From contig CAJUDC010000001.1 of the NCBI GenBank assembly GCA_910584955.1, positions 1-60,516 on the forward strand: a stretch of DNA of 60,516 nucleotides. Direction: 5' to 3'. Position 1 is the stretch's first letter; every line of letters starts with the position of its first letter. The position numbers and the translations under genes are program-made. The stretch is from an uncultured Paraprevotella sp. (GTDB taxonomy: Bacteria > Bacteroidota > Bacteroidia > Bacteroidales > Bacteroidaceae). Below, piece after piece: positions 31,701 through 40,879 of the stretch. The notes beneath the pieces were generated by a model. That model had not been told where the DNA came from and did not search any database. It saw nothing but the letters and a program-made list of their open reading frames with translations.

Positions 31701-33138
31701 CGATCTCCGTACCGGTGGACTGAAAACGGGTACCCTCTTCATTATCCGTGAAGACGGTCGGGGAATAGTTGTCCCAGAACAACGCATAATTCTTGCTGGA
31801 CTGAAAATAAGGGATACACACAAAGCGGTTGTCCTGCTGCAAGGAGAAGGTGGTTCCGCGCCGGCTGAGTTTGCCGTCCTGTATCTGTCCCATACCGTAA
31901 ATATCCTCATCCGCATCCAGCCGGAAAGACTGCGCCAGCCTGTAACTGTCGTTCGGACCATCTTTTACCGGCAGGAAAGAAGTACTGCTTTCCTTCTCTT
32001 TCAATACGGATGTCCCGTCCGTTCGGAAGGTCTCCACCTGCCCGGTACTCAGATGATAAACCACCCGGACTTTCCGGCCGGAGAGCGTAACGGTTTTCCG
32101 TTCCGTATCCTCCGCCAGATCGAAACGGGCCTGCTCTTCGGGTGCGCCCACCACGGAAAGACTCTTTTTCCGAAGCGTCTCCAGCGGCGATTTGCATACC
32201 CGTATCACGCTGTCGGCATGAAACAGTACGTGGATGTGCATATCGTTCAACGTGGCATGAATACCGTTAGCCGTCCGTTCGTAATGATACGACAGCACTT
32301 CGTTGCGGTAGCCCGACATGGCTTCTTCGAGCTTTTTCAGCACACCGAATACAAGCGCATAATCCTCCTTTCCCGCCGTATCAAACACACCTTGTGCGGC
32401 ACGGGCAACGGCTTCCATCTTGTCTTTCTCCTCCGAGGCAGCGTCCTTTTCTATCAGCTTCATCGCCTGGCTTATGGTCGCGCCCAAACGGGTTCTGATC
32501 TCATCGGTCAGCGTCTCCTCCTCGTATCCCAGCACCGGGATGAGCGGAGCGTACGTGGCCGCCGCTTCGTAACGGGCATAATAGGCGATGTTGGAAATCG
32601 TGGATTTCCCCTTATTCGCCGTGAAACCCATGGCATGGATAAAGGATTTTCCGTTGGAGGTCAGAAACAGGAGCGAATCCCCGTAATTCATATTCGGGTT
32701 GAGCGAAGCGGTCTCCCGGATGTTCCACAGCAGCAATGTGGTGCCGTCGCCGTTATCCGCAGTATGCGTCGGCGCAGTCTGTCCGTTGTTGTTAAATCCG
32801 TTAAACCACCAGATGAAATTTTTACCGGCAGCAACACTTAAATCCGTCCCCTGCACCAAAAAATAATCTTGGGTATTACGGATGTAATAAGCACCGTCCT
32901 TTTTAGGATCCATCTGAAAGGCAATATTACAATCTCCGCCGGCGGATACGGTGAATGTATTTTGCTCGTCATCATAACTGAAAGCCGACTGAGGAGCCCG
33001 GTTGTTGTCGGTCGAAACATAATCTCTGCAACGGAACCGATAAGATTCCTGAGCATTTGCCCGACAGACTGTCAGGCACAAAAGGCCCCAAGCCAGACCT
33101 CTCCAATAGGAATGCCGAAAGAACAAGGTTGTTTTCAT
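28795..33138 (-). CDS. Large secreted GH31 glycosidase (alpha-xylosidase-like) with extra N- and C-terminal domains
   Basis: IVQDWQYW, YWMDSSEP (nucleophile), TRSAFAGQQRYG..WSGD, SDIGGF, RFHG, YMFG; C-terminal GLPHGVYIVNGKK tail. Confidence 0.88.
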   Translation of the reverse strand: MKTTLFFRHSYWRGLAWGLLCLTVCRANAQESYRFRCRDYVSTDNNRAPQSAFSYDDEQNTFTVSAGGDCNIAFQMDPKKDGAYYIRNTQDYFLVQGTDLSVAAGKNFIWWFNGFNNNGQTAPTHTADNGDGTTLLLWNIRETASLNPNMNYGDSLLFLTSNGKSFIHAMGFTANKGKSTISNIAYYARYEAAATYAPLIPVLGYEEETLTDEIRTRLGATISQAMKLIEKDAASEEKDKMEAVARAAQGVFDTAGKEDYALVFGVLKKLEEAMSGYRNEVLSYHYERTANGIHATLNDMHIHVLFHADSVIRVCKSPLETLRKKSLSVVGAPEEQARFDLAEDTERKTVTLSGRKVRVVYHLSTGQVETFRTDGTSVLKEKESSTSFLPVKDGPNDSYRLAQSFRLDADEDIYGMGQIQDGKLSRRGTTFSLQQDNRFVCIPYFQSSKNYALFWDNYSPTVFTDNEEGTRFQSTGTEIDYYILCGGRSADVLSAMRGLTGKSPMPALWNFGLYQSRERYVSADETRDVVRQYRKLGVPLDCIVQDWQYWGDNAHWNALEFLNPTFANHEEMIRDVHDNHARLMISIWANFGPQTRPYASMAQAGRLLPAESYPTRCGVRPYDVYGETSRNIYWDYLYKGLITKGIDAYWMDSSEPDYFDPKPTDMDYVTETGQTWRALRNAFPLAHVGGVYTHHRQAAAAGDPYLQGKRVSILTRSAFAGQQRYGANTWSGDVTASWENFAAQIPAACNLSVCGIPYWNSDIGGFFLGRFGGVGDPAWRRLYMRWVQFGTFTPMMRFHGTQTPREIYQFGAAGDGVGDFDQILKYVRIRYRLLPYLYSTAWQVSAHDATFMQALAVAFNEDPKGYDVTDEYMFGSSFLVAPVVQDAVNHRDVYLPAGHRWIDFWTGEAYEGGRTVRKSAHADVMPLYVKAGSIVPWGPDVQYAEEKRWDSLEIRVYPGADGRFVLYEDENDTYNYEAGCYSEIPFVWDEATQTLTVGERKGAFEGMLDKRTFRICKVSVRRGIGDAHETEYEATVAYDGSAVSVRLDSEDRAVGETEVTRYIQNPGFEEDNAPLNKKAPAGWTVNSPTTWWGVNKGGGNADPAATEGQYIFGVWDGSNALTAEISQVLSDLPSGRYKLTVDMHAPHKNALRRVGDQCLFANGEKAFFRDQIMTAGLSDNYPFQTVELEFIADGQTPVKIGVSTSGAPAETWFKIDNFRLFRMERPVLELDENESSASWQPGMTDVVLHRTWDAEGWNTLCVPFALTEAETKAHFTGVKELVSVERHDDPVLCFKETGRILAGKPYLVKPCLSQERMEFRDAVVRNDAPLSHMVDGVSFTGTYQPALLQPEGYVLQGDVFLRPSDGASVKGFQAYVTADDAQTAVYDRMLIDVDGKVTPVMQVGREEEYVDVYGVNAVRLKTRCKAGEALRGLPHGVYIVNGKKRVK

Positions 33139-33170
33139 AGTTCATTCATTTATACTGTTTACAAACAGCG

Positions 33171-33178
33171 CAAAAATA
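33171..33178 (-). promoter_or_regulatory. -7 promoter element (TATTTTTG) for the GH31 gene
   Basis: TAnnTTTG about 33 nt upstream of the ATG. Confidence 0.5.
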
Positions 33179-33301
33179 ACGGACCGACAACACAAACCAA
33201 CAACAAGCACGTTGAAAACGACCGCACAGATGTTGATAAATGCTGTCAACAGGCATATTACCAGCAAAAAACGCTCATTTCCTCCTTATTTAAAACAACA
33301 A

Positions 33302-33333
33302 AGCGCCGGACGGTTTCATACCCGTCCGGCGCT
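33302..33333 (-). terminator. Intrinsic terminator after the second RND operon
   Basis: AGCGCCGGACGG/CCGTCCGGCGCT stem followed by a T-rich run on the minus strand. Confidence 0.65.
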
Positions 33334-33360
33334 CATATGCCGTTCTTCGACCGGAATAAC

Positions 33361-34722
33361 TTACTCCACCAGCGTACCGGCTGCTTTCCGGTAAGCGATA
33401 TATGTCAGATAAAGCCGGTAGCGTGCATCCACATTCGTTTCATAAGCCGCCTGCCACAAGGCCTGCGCCTCCAGATAATCGGAAAGCGGTTCCATCCCCA
33501 CCTTATACTGCTGACCGCTCAGGGTCATATTTTCCTCGGCTTGCGCCAGGGATTTTTCGGCCAGCACCACTTCCAGCCGGGCCTCGTCCAGATTGTTGGT
33601 CGCTTGCGTAAGTTCCAGCAACATCTGCTCGTTCAGGTTGTCACGTTCCAGGCTGGTCTGTTCTTGCCGGGCCCGGGCGGCTTTCACCTTACTTATCCTT
33701 TCGCCAAAATGAAACAACGGAACGCTCACCGTCACCCCGCCGGCAAAATTCCAGCCGTTGAGCAACGAACGGTTGTTCAGTTCCACACCATGGGTATAAT
33801 GATAGCTGCCTACCAAGGCCACCTGCGGCAGCAACTCGCTTTGCGAAAGCCGAACTTCCTGACCGGCTATCTCCACTTTTTTGTCCAGCATGGCGGCTTC
33901 GGGCCGACGACCGATGTCGGCAGACTGTCCTTCGCGCATCATATCCACCTCGGGATACGCCTCGGAAACAGCCACCTTACTATCCAAAGGACTACCGATA
34001 AGATGGCACAAATTCATCGTGGCCAGTCGCAAAGCATTCTCGGCACGACGCATCTGCAATTCGCTCTCGTTCAACTTCACCTGCACTTTGGTACGGTCGT
34101 TCTGCATTTTCAGTCCAAGTCGGACGGCACTCTCCACATTACGATCCAGTTCGGCCAGCAACACATTATATTTCTCCGCCACCCGCTGCATTTCCTTGGC
34201 CTTGACCACTTGTGCATACGCCCTGTCAACCTGTTCTATGACCTGTGCATTCGTCAACCGTTCGTTCTGACAGGCTACATCAAATCCCATCCGGGCCATC
34301 CGATAGCCGGCCCGAATCTTCCCTCCCATGTATAAAGGTTGTTTCAACTGTATGCCGGCCGCATAAATCATTCCCAGTTTATAATCCAGACTTGTACCGG
34401 GGAAATAGGCATAACTGCCGTTAGGCACCCAAGGGCCTGACGGTGAAAGAGCGGAAAACACCGGAAGATTGCCTCCCGCAATGCCTAGCGAACCGTCGGC
34501 CGTACTGTACAGTCCGCCGCCCGACAACGAGAAATCCGGGAAAAAGTTGGCCCGATAGGCTTGAACCGTATAACGCGCCGCTTCCGTGGCACGACCGGCG
34601 GCCAGTTTTTCTTTGTTGTATTTCAAGGCTAAGTCGCGACACTGCTCTATGCTAAGTTGCTCCTGGGCATTCAGACCTACCGCCGCACACCCGAGCATCA
34701 GAGTTATCAACTTCATTTTCAT
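33361..34722 (-). CDS. TolC-family outer membrane efflux protein
   Basis: LSIEQCRDLALKYN, QPLYMGGKI, YKVGMEPLSDYLEAQ. Confidence 0.92.
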   Translation of the reverse strand: MKMKLITLMLGCAAVGLNAQEQLSIEQCRDLALKYNKEKLAAGRATEAARYTVQAYRANFFPDFSLSGGGLYSTADGSLGIAGGNLPVFSALSPSGPWVPNGSYAYFPGTSLDYKLGMIYAAGIQLKQPLYMGGKIRAGYRMARMGFDVACQNERLTNAQVIEQVDRAYAQVVKAKEMQRVAEKYNVLLAELDRNVESAVRLGLKMQNDRTKVQVKLNESELQMRRAENALRLATMNLCHLIGSPLDSKVAVSEAYPEVDMMREGQSADIGRRPEAAMLDKKVEIAGQEVRLSQSELLPQVALVGSYHYTHGVELNNRSLLNGWNFAGGVTVSVPLFHFGERISKVKAARARQEQTSLERDNLNEQMLLELTQATNNLDEARLEVVLAEKSLAQAEENMTLSGQQYKVGMEPLSDYLEAQALWQAAYETNVDARYRLYLTYIAYRKAAGTLVE

Positions 34723-37700
34723 CTGTCATTTACTTTTATGTGAAAGAATATGGCATACAAAATCGGAATGAACAGCAAAGTAATGAGCGTACCGAAGAGA
34801 AGACCGCCCATGATGGTTACGGCCAACGATCCGAACATGACATCGGAGAGCAAAGGTATCATGCCCAACACCGTAGTCATCGAAGCCATCATCACCGGGC
34901 GCAAACGGCTCTGCGAACTGACAATCAACGCTTGCACCGGTTCCACCCCGTTTTCAAGTTGCAAATTGATCTCGTCCATCAGCACAATACCGTTTTTGAC
35001 AATCATACCTATCAGGCCCAGCGCACCGACGATCGCTACGAAAGTAAACGTTTTCCCGGTAATCAGCATCGTAAGGACCACCCCTACAAACACCAACGGA
35101 ATGGTGCAGAAGATAATGGCCGGCTTACGATAGTCCTTGAACAACATGATGAGGATGGCAATCATTAGAATAACAGCCAGTGGGAAATTCTTGAACAAGT
35201 ACTTCATCGACTTGTCATTGGCATTCTTTTCGCCTTGCCACTTCAGACTGTATCCGGCAGGCAACGGAATCCGCTCAATATTTTCTACCAACGCCTTACG
35301 GGCCTTTTCGGTTTCCACTCCCGGAACGGGTGAACACTGCACCCGCTGCATGCGCTGCCCGTTGTAACGGGGCACCACCGGATCCTCCCAACGAATATCT
35401 ATCCCTTTGCTGATCTGGCGCAAAGGAGTGGTCCCCATCAGTGCCTCAACCAGCTGGTCCTTCTGCAACGTTCCGGTTTTCAAACGCATCAATGTCTCCT
35501 CATTCAACAGACCGCTGACGGACGGCAACGTAGAAAACACCTGCATGTTTTCCAGATTCTCGATCGGTTCGCCGCTCTCATCGGTGCATTTCAGATAGAT
35601 ATTATTCTTATATATGCCCTCGTAGAACGACCCGATGGGAATACCGCCGCCGGCTGTCAGAAGGGACAGACCCAAATCGGACCGGCTCAGTCCTAAGGCC
35701 CGGGCTGTAGCTTGGTCGTAATCCACCGCCAGCACGGGCACTTTCGGTTCCCAGTCTGTCGTCACCAGACGCACCTCGTCACATTGCTCCATGATCACAC
35801 GGGCACTATCGGCCAACCGGTGCAACACAGCCGGATCCGGTCCGCTGAACTGCACCTCGATGGGATATTTCTTAAACATCAGATTATAGCGTTTCAACTT
35901 GACATAAGCATCCGGGAACTCCTTATTCAGGTATTGCTGAATCTCTTCCATATGATCAACCAATGCGTCGGACGATTCGAAATCAATAATAAGTTCTCCA
36001 TAAGCCAGCGACGGATTGGCCACCGTACGAACCAGGTTGTATCGCCCGGGCGTACCGCCTACCGAGGCCGTAACATGCTTTACCTCCTTACGGGTGTGCA
36101 GGTATTCCTCAATACGCGCCAGATCCTTGGCCACCCTTGTACTGTTATTGCCTTCGGGCAGTTTATACTCCATGTACAACTGGTCGTACACCATATCCGG
36201 GAAAAAACCGTGGCGCATATAGCCGTATCCCACACTTGCCAGCGCCACCAGCCCGATCATAACAAACGTAAATATCCATCGCCGCCTCAACCCGATGCGA
36301 AGTATCTTCTGTAAAACTGTATAGATACGACCGCCATACGGATTGACCGCATTCCCCGTCGCACCGGCTTTCAGTTCGGCCGATGTCTGTTTGGCCAGCA
36401 TACTGTTTGCCATCAGAGGCACATGCGTGAGAGCCAGTATCCAACTCAGCATCAGCGATACCGCCAGCACGATAAACAAATCGCGTGTATAGATTCCGGC
36501 CGTATCGGGTGAAAGGAATATCGGCAGGAAAGACAAAATGGCAATCAGCGTGGCCCCCAATAGTGGCAAAGCAGTGCGCCGACCGATGGCCGTCATGGCT
36601 TCCATACGCGGCTTCCCGCGTTTCAGATCGACCAATATACCGTCAATGATCACAATGGCGTTGTCCACCAGCATACCCATTGCCAGGATAAACGATGCCA
36701 GCGACACACGCTGCATCGTCCCTCCTGCCGAGCCCAGCATCATGAACGAACCGAAAACGATCACTACCAAGCTCATACCGATGATCATACCGCTCTTGAA
36801 TCCCATCGTAAGCATAAGGATAAGCACTACAATCACCACCGACTCAATCAGATTTATAATAAAGGTGCCTAAAGCGTCGGTCACACGTTCGGGCTGGAAG
36901 AACACCTTATGGCATTCCACCCCTGCCGGGAAACGGGTCTCCTCCAGTTGTTGCAACTTCTTTTCCACCTGGCCCCCCACCTTGATGACGTCCGCCTCGG
37001 GAGAAGCGGCCAACAGGATGCCAAGGGCATGCTTGCCGTCATAAGCCAGCGAGTTGCGGACCGGCCGCTCCACATCTTTCTCTATCAAGGCAATATCGTT
37101 CAGCCGAAGCTGATCGTCCTCATGTCCTTGTATCAACAAACGGCTAATATCATCCACCGCCCGGAAACGGTCGGTCACGGTGACACGTACCCGGCTGTCT
37201 CCGTTATCGAAATAACCGGCATACACCGTTTTATTCTGCCCGTTCAATGTAGCCAGTACTTCGGCAGGTTTCACACCCAAGCTCGACATCTTGTCCTGCA
37301 ACAGACGGATGTTGATGCAGTCGGGCTGTTTGCCGTAGATTTCCACCCGGTCCACTCCTTCCAGATTGCCAAGGTCACGCTTAATCAGTTCGGCATAGTC
37401 CGATAGTTCCCTGCTCGACAAACCGTCGCCGGTCAGTGCATAAAACATACCGTAAACGTTGCTAAAGTCTTCTTTTACCTGCGAAGGATTGGCCCCCTGC
37501 GGCAAGGAGGTCTGCGCATCCGCCACCTTGCGCCGCAACAGGTCCCAGCATTGTTCCACCTGATCGTTGCTCACCGTACTGAGCAGTTCCACCTGTATCA
37601 GCGACAGATCATTGTAGGAATAACTTTCCACATTGTCGATATATCCCATCGTTCGGATGCGTTTCTCGAGCACATCCGTCACCTCCATCTCCACCTGGTG

Positions 37701-37871
37701 GGCTGATGCACCGGGGTAAGTGGTCACCACCATAGCCAACTTCACTTTCACCTCAGGGTCTTCCAGCTTGCTCATCTGATAGCAGGCATACGTCCCCCCG
37801 AGCATCAGTACCGCAACAAGAAAATAGACCAGTTTCTTGTTGTTAAAAGCCCATTTCCCCCAATCCATCAT
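34719..37871 (-). CDS. RND efflux transporter permease
   Basis: KLEDP, YPGASA, GMLVDNAIV, GMIVKNGIVL, RLRPVMM. Confidence 0.95.
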   Translation of the reverse strand: MMDWGKWAFNNKKLVYFLVAVLMLGGTYACYQMSKLEDPEVKVKLAMVVTTYPGASAHQVEMEVTDVLEKRIRTMGYIDNVESYSYNDLSLIQVELLSTVSNDQVEQCWDLLRRKVADAQTSLPQGANPSQVKEDFSNVYGMFYALTGDGLSSRELSDYAELIKRDLGNLEGVDRVEIYGKQPDCINIRLLQDKMSSLGVKPAEVLATLNGQNKTVYAGYFDNGDSRVRVTVTDRFRAVDDISRLLIQGHEDDQLRLNDIALIEKDVERPVRNSLAYDGKHALGILLAASPEADVIKVGGQVEKKLQQLEETRFPAGVECHKVFFQPERVTDALGTFIINLIESVVIVVLILMLTMGFKSGMIIGMSLVVIVFGSFMMLGSAGGTMQRVSLASFILAMGMLVDNAIVIIDGILVDLKRGKPRMEAMTAIGRRTALPLLGATLIAILSFLPIFLSPDTAGIYTRDLFIVLAVSLMLSWILALTHVPLMANSMLAKQTSAELKAGATGNAVNPYGGRIYTVLQKILRIGLRRRWIFTFVMIGLVALASVGYGYMRHGFFPDMVYDQLYMEYKLPEGNNSTRVAKDLARIEEYLHTRKEVKHVTASVGGTPGRYNLVRTVANPSLAYGELIIDFESSDALVDHMEEIQQYLNKEFPDAYVKLKRYNLMFKKYPIEVQFSGPDPAVLHRLADSARVIMEQCDEVRLVTTDWEPKVPVLAVDYDQATARALGLSRSDLGLSLLTAGGGIPIGSFYEGIYKNNIYLKCTDESGEPIENLENMQVFSTLPSVSGLLNEETLMRLKTGTLQKDQLVEALMGTTPLRQISKGIDIRWEDPVVPRYNGQRMQRVQCSPVPGVETEKARKALVENIERIPLPAGYSLKWQGEKNANDKSMKYLFKNFPLAVILMIAILIMLFKDYRKPAIIFCTIPLVFVGVVLTMLITGKTFTFVAIVGALGLIGMIVKNGIVLMDEINLQLENGVEPVQALIVSSQSRLRPVMMASMTTVLGMIPLLSDVMFGSLAVTIMGGLLFGTLITLLFIPILYAIFFHIKVNDR

Positions 37872-38941
37872 AACAAGCCTCCCACATTAGTATCCGATTG
37901 GCGGGGCAGCAGATGCACCTTGCCGCCGTCCTTTACATAATGTACGCCGGAAGCCACAACCAGGTCCCCGCAACGAATCCCGCCTTTCACCAGTGCAGTA
38001 CCGTCCGAGAGCAGACGTTCCATCCGCACCGGCGTGCGATGCACAACTTTATGGTCTGCATCATAAACAAACACATAGCTCTTCCCGTCGCTTTCAAGCA
38101 GAGCCCCGGAAGGCACGCGTACCCGACCGGCCACACTATCGGTTGCCAGTTGGATAGTCACCCAAGTAGACATTCCCGGGGCCGGACGCACTTCGCCGGA
38201 AGGCCCCTTCAGCCGCAAACGCATGGTATAAAGCTGGTTGGCATTAGCTTTCGGCAAGATACCGACAGGTTCCAACTGCAACGCCTTCTCCGGTAGAACA
38301 TCAAAAGTGCAGGTATATGAGGAGAATTCATTCCGCCGTACGTAGGAAGACGCCGGCAGGTTTATCTCTACTTCGGGATGAGTGAGGCCCAGCACCGTCA
38401 ACACCGGCATACCGGCTCCTACGGTTTCCCGCCCGTCAAAAAAACATTGCTGTACCTGCCCGTCAAACGGAGCGTAGATGCGTGTATAAGACAATTGGTT
38501 CTTATGGTTGGCCAGCTTCGCCTCTATCTGTTTCAATCCGTATCGGGCGCGATCGTTGGCGCTGGCTGTTGTACCGCTTTCCTTGTACAACGCCATCACC
38601 CGGTCGGCGTCAGCCTTTATCTGTCTGTATTCGGCTTCCGTGGCCGCCAGCTGAATCTGATAGTCCGTCGGGTCCAGCTCCGCAAGCAATTGCCCTTTAC
38701 GTACGCGGTCTCCTTCATCTACATACATACGTAACAACGTACCCGGCACTTTAAACGACAGCGTAACATCCTGCGACGCTTTCACCCTTCCGGGAAACTG
38801 CAAGGTGACATGCGCTTCGCCGCATCCCACCGTATCCACTCTTACCGAAGGCAAGACCTCCGCCTTCTTTCCCGCCTTATCGCCACAGGCCCCGAACACC
38901 ACGGCCAACAGGCTTACCCATAAGAAACACAATCTTTTCAT
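37868..38941 (-). CDS. RND membrane fusion lipoprotein
   Basis: Lipobox FGAC; LSFKVPG, EGDRVRKGQLLA, APFDG, PGMS. Confidence 0.92.
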   Translation of the reverse strand: MKRLCFLWVSLLAVVFGACGDKAGKKAEVLPSVRVDTVGCGEAHVTLQFPGRVKASQDVTLSFKVPGTLLRMYVDEGDRVRKGQLLAELDPTDYQIQLAATEAEYRQIKADADRVMALYKESGTTASANDRARYGLKQIEAKLANHKNQLSYTRIYAPFDGQVQQCFFDGRETVGAGMPVLTVLGLTHPEVEINLPASSYVRRNEFSSYTCTFDVLPEKALQLEPVGILPKANANQLYTMRLRLKGPSGEVRPAPGMSTWVTIQLATDSVAGRVRVPSGALLESDGKSYVFVYDADHKVVHRTPVRMERLLSDGTALVKGGIRCGDLVVASGVHYVKDGGKVHLLPRQSDTNVGGLL

Positions 38942-38975
38942 AACACTAATCCTTTTTGAGCAATTTTTACGGATG

Positions 38976-38983
38976 CAAAAATA
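38976..38983 (-). promoter_or_regulatory. -7 promoter element (TATTTTTG) for the second RND operon
   Basis: TAnnTTTG upstream of the adaptor gene, divergent from the AraC gene. Confidence 0.5.
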
Positions 38984-39071
38984 GGGGCTTTGACGAATGC
39001 GGCAAAGGCTAATTATAGCAGTAAATTGGTAGATTTGTACGGAGTACGCCTAAAAAATGCAAAAATATCCA

Positions 39072-39079
39072 TATATTTG
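39072..39079 (+). promoter_or_regulatory. -7 promoter element (TATATTTG) for the AraC gene
   Basis: TAnnTTTG about 33 nt before the ATG. Confidence 0.5.
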
Positions 39080-39111
39080 TACTCTAAAATCCTACATAAC
39101 CCGACTCTTAT

Positions 39112-39987
39112 ATGCTACAGAACACCATTCCTTATCAGCAAATGTCAATGGCCGAGGTTGAGCTACTGATCGCCCGCAACGGCAACACGATTTCTTACAT
39201 GGACACCTGCGGATTCTTTTTGTGTCAGCAAGGTTCCATCGAAGTCACTTTGAACGAAAAAACATATCACCTAAAAAAAGGCGACATATACATATATTCT
39301 CCCTCCACGCTCATCTCCCTGCGCAAACGCAGCAAAGACCTGAGCGGACTGATGTTCAAAGGCAGTCTGGAATTCATACTACCCATCCTTAATTCGGTAG
39401 TCAACACACAGAATATTCTATTGATACGCGAAAATCCTTGTTTTTCACTCACCCCGGAACAATGCCGCCGGATAGAGCAACTTGCGGAGGCCATCGGTGA
39501 ACGGCAGAAACTGCTCCGCCAGTCTACGGAAACGGAACTCCCCAGCGAAAGCATCCTGAAACAAATCATTCACTGCCTGGCCCAGGCACTGGTCTATGAA
39601 CTCATTCATATTTACTTTTGCCATCAACCCATCGAACCGATCCCGCAAGACACCAAAGACAAGATCTTCCACAATTTCATGGTTTCTTTGTTTAAAAACT
39701 ACAAGAAAGAGCGCGAAGTGGCTTTCTATGCCAAAGAACAATGCTTGTCCCCTCGCTATTTCTCCACTATTATAAAGGAGAAGTCCGGCTATACGGCCCT
39801 GCAATGGATCATCCAACTCGTCATCTCCAATGCCCGGCAGATGCTCACCAACTCCAGTTTAAGTATCAAAGAAATAGCCATCGAGTTCAACTTCCCTTCA
39901 CAATCGTTCTTCGGCAAGTATTTCAAACAGTACGTGGGGCTTTCGCCCAAAGAATACCGGCATGCGCGACGCCGCGACAAAGAATAA
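39112..39987 (+). CDS. AraC-family transcriptional regulator, probably of the divergent RND operon
   Basis: C-terminal double HTH: VAFYAKEQCLSPRYFS...SIKEIAIEFNFPSQSFFGKYFKQYVGLSPKEYR. Confidence 0.93.
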   Translation: MLQNTIPYQQMSMAEVELLIARNGNTISYMDTCGFFLCQQGSIEVTLNEKTYHLKKGDIYIYSPSTLISLRKRSKDLSGLMFKGSLEFILPILNSVVNTQNILLIRENPCFSLTPEQCRRIEQLAEAIGERQKLLRQSTETELPSESILKQIIHCLAQALVYELIHIYFCHQPIEPIPQDTKDKIFHNFMVSLFKNYKKEREVAFYAKEQCLSPRYFSTIIKEKSGYTALQWIIQLVISNARQMLTNSSLSIKEIAIEFNFPSQSFFGKYFKQYVGLSPKEYRHARRRDKE

Positions 39988-39995
39988 CAAGACGC

Positions 39996-40709
39996 CTATT
40001 TCGCCGTGGTCAACTCAAATTCGCGTAGCGTCACAAAGTCCTGCCCGTCGCACGAAACGGCGATGCGGAACCGTGCCGTGCCCGCTTTCAGGCGGTTGTC
40101 CGTCTTGATCATCGCCGTATAACGTATGCCTTCACCGGGATTAATCCGCTCGATCCGCGTGGAAGGCGACAGATAGATATGAGGATTCCCGTTTGTCTCG
40201 GCGATATAGGGCACCACATTATGCAACGGACGATTCGTGACATTCATCAATTCAAAAACCAGTTCGCACGTCTCCCTGCGGTTCAAGGTCTGGTTGCGTG
40301 TCTCATCAATGAAGCGCAGATTGCGTAAGTCCACCGGGGCATATCCGACCGGTGCTCCATCGGTCAGTGTTCCCCTCTCCCTTTCTTCGTAATCCTCCCG
40401 GCTGTATGTTCCGTTACCGTCGGAACGCCGTTTCCGGCCCCTACCTTTTTCGTACCCGCCGGTATCGCCCGCCCTGGCGTCGCCATCCTGTCGACGGGGA
40501 GAAGTCACAGCCACCGCCACCGCACCTCCGGTAACACCTCCCACCACAGTGCCCAGATGATATCCCGTACGCCCGCCCACCAAAGCACCTATACTGCTTC
40601 CGAACACGGAACCCAGGCTGGCACCAGCCACCATCCCCGCAAAGGGATCGGCGGAAGCACAATGGGTAAACAACACACCGCACACACACAGAATTACCGG
40701 ATTTTTCAT
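39996..40709 (-). CDS. Hypothetical protein with N-terminal glycine zipper and C-terminal beta domain
   Basis: GASLGSVFGSSIGALVGG...GTVVGGVTGGAV; TAnnTTTG element at 40754..40761 upstream. Confidence 0.75.
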   Translation of the reverse strand: MKNPVILCVCGVLFTHCASADPFAGMVAGASLGSVFGSSIGALVGGRTGYHLGTVVGGVTGGAVAVAVTSPRRQDGDARAGDTGGYEKGRGRKRRSDGNGTYSREDYEERERGTLTDGAPVGYAPVDLRNLRFIDETRNQTLNRRETCELVFELMNVTNRPLHNVVPYIAETNGNPHIYLSPSTRIERINPGEGIRYTAMIKTDNRLKAGTARFRIAVSCDGQDFVTLREFELTTAK

Positions 40710-40879
40710 AGCTTCAAAGATTTTTAACCACTTAACTTTCTATATCGCCGGAGCAAAAATAGGGATATTATTCTAATAAACATCATCAACCGGACTAAAT
40801 AATCTAAAAAACAATCAGGCATTATTTTAATTTTAATCCTTATCTTTACAGCCGATTACTTAACCCAAAAACCTCCATA

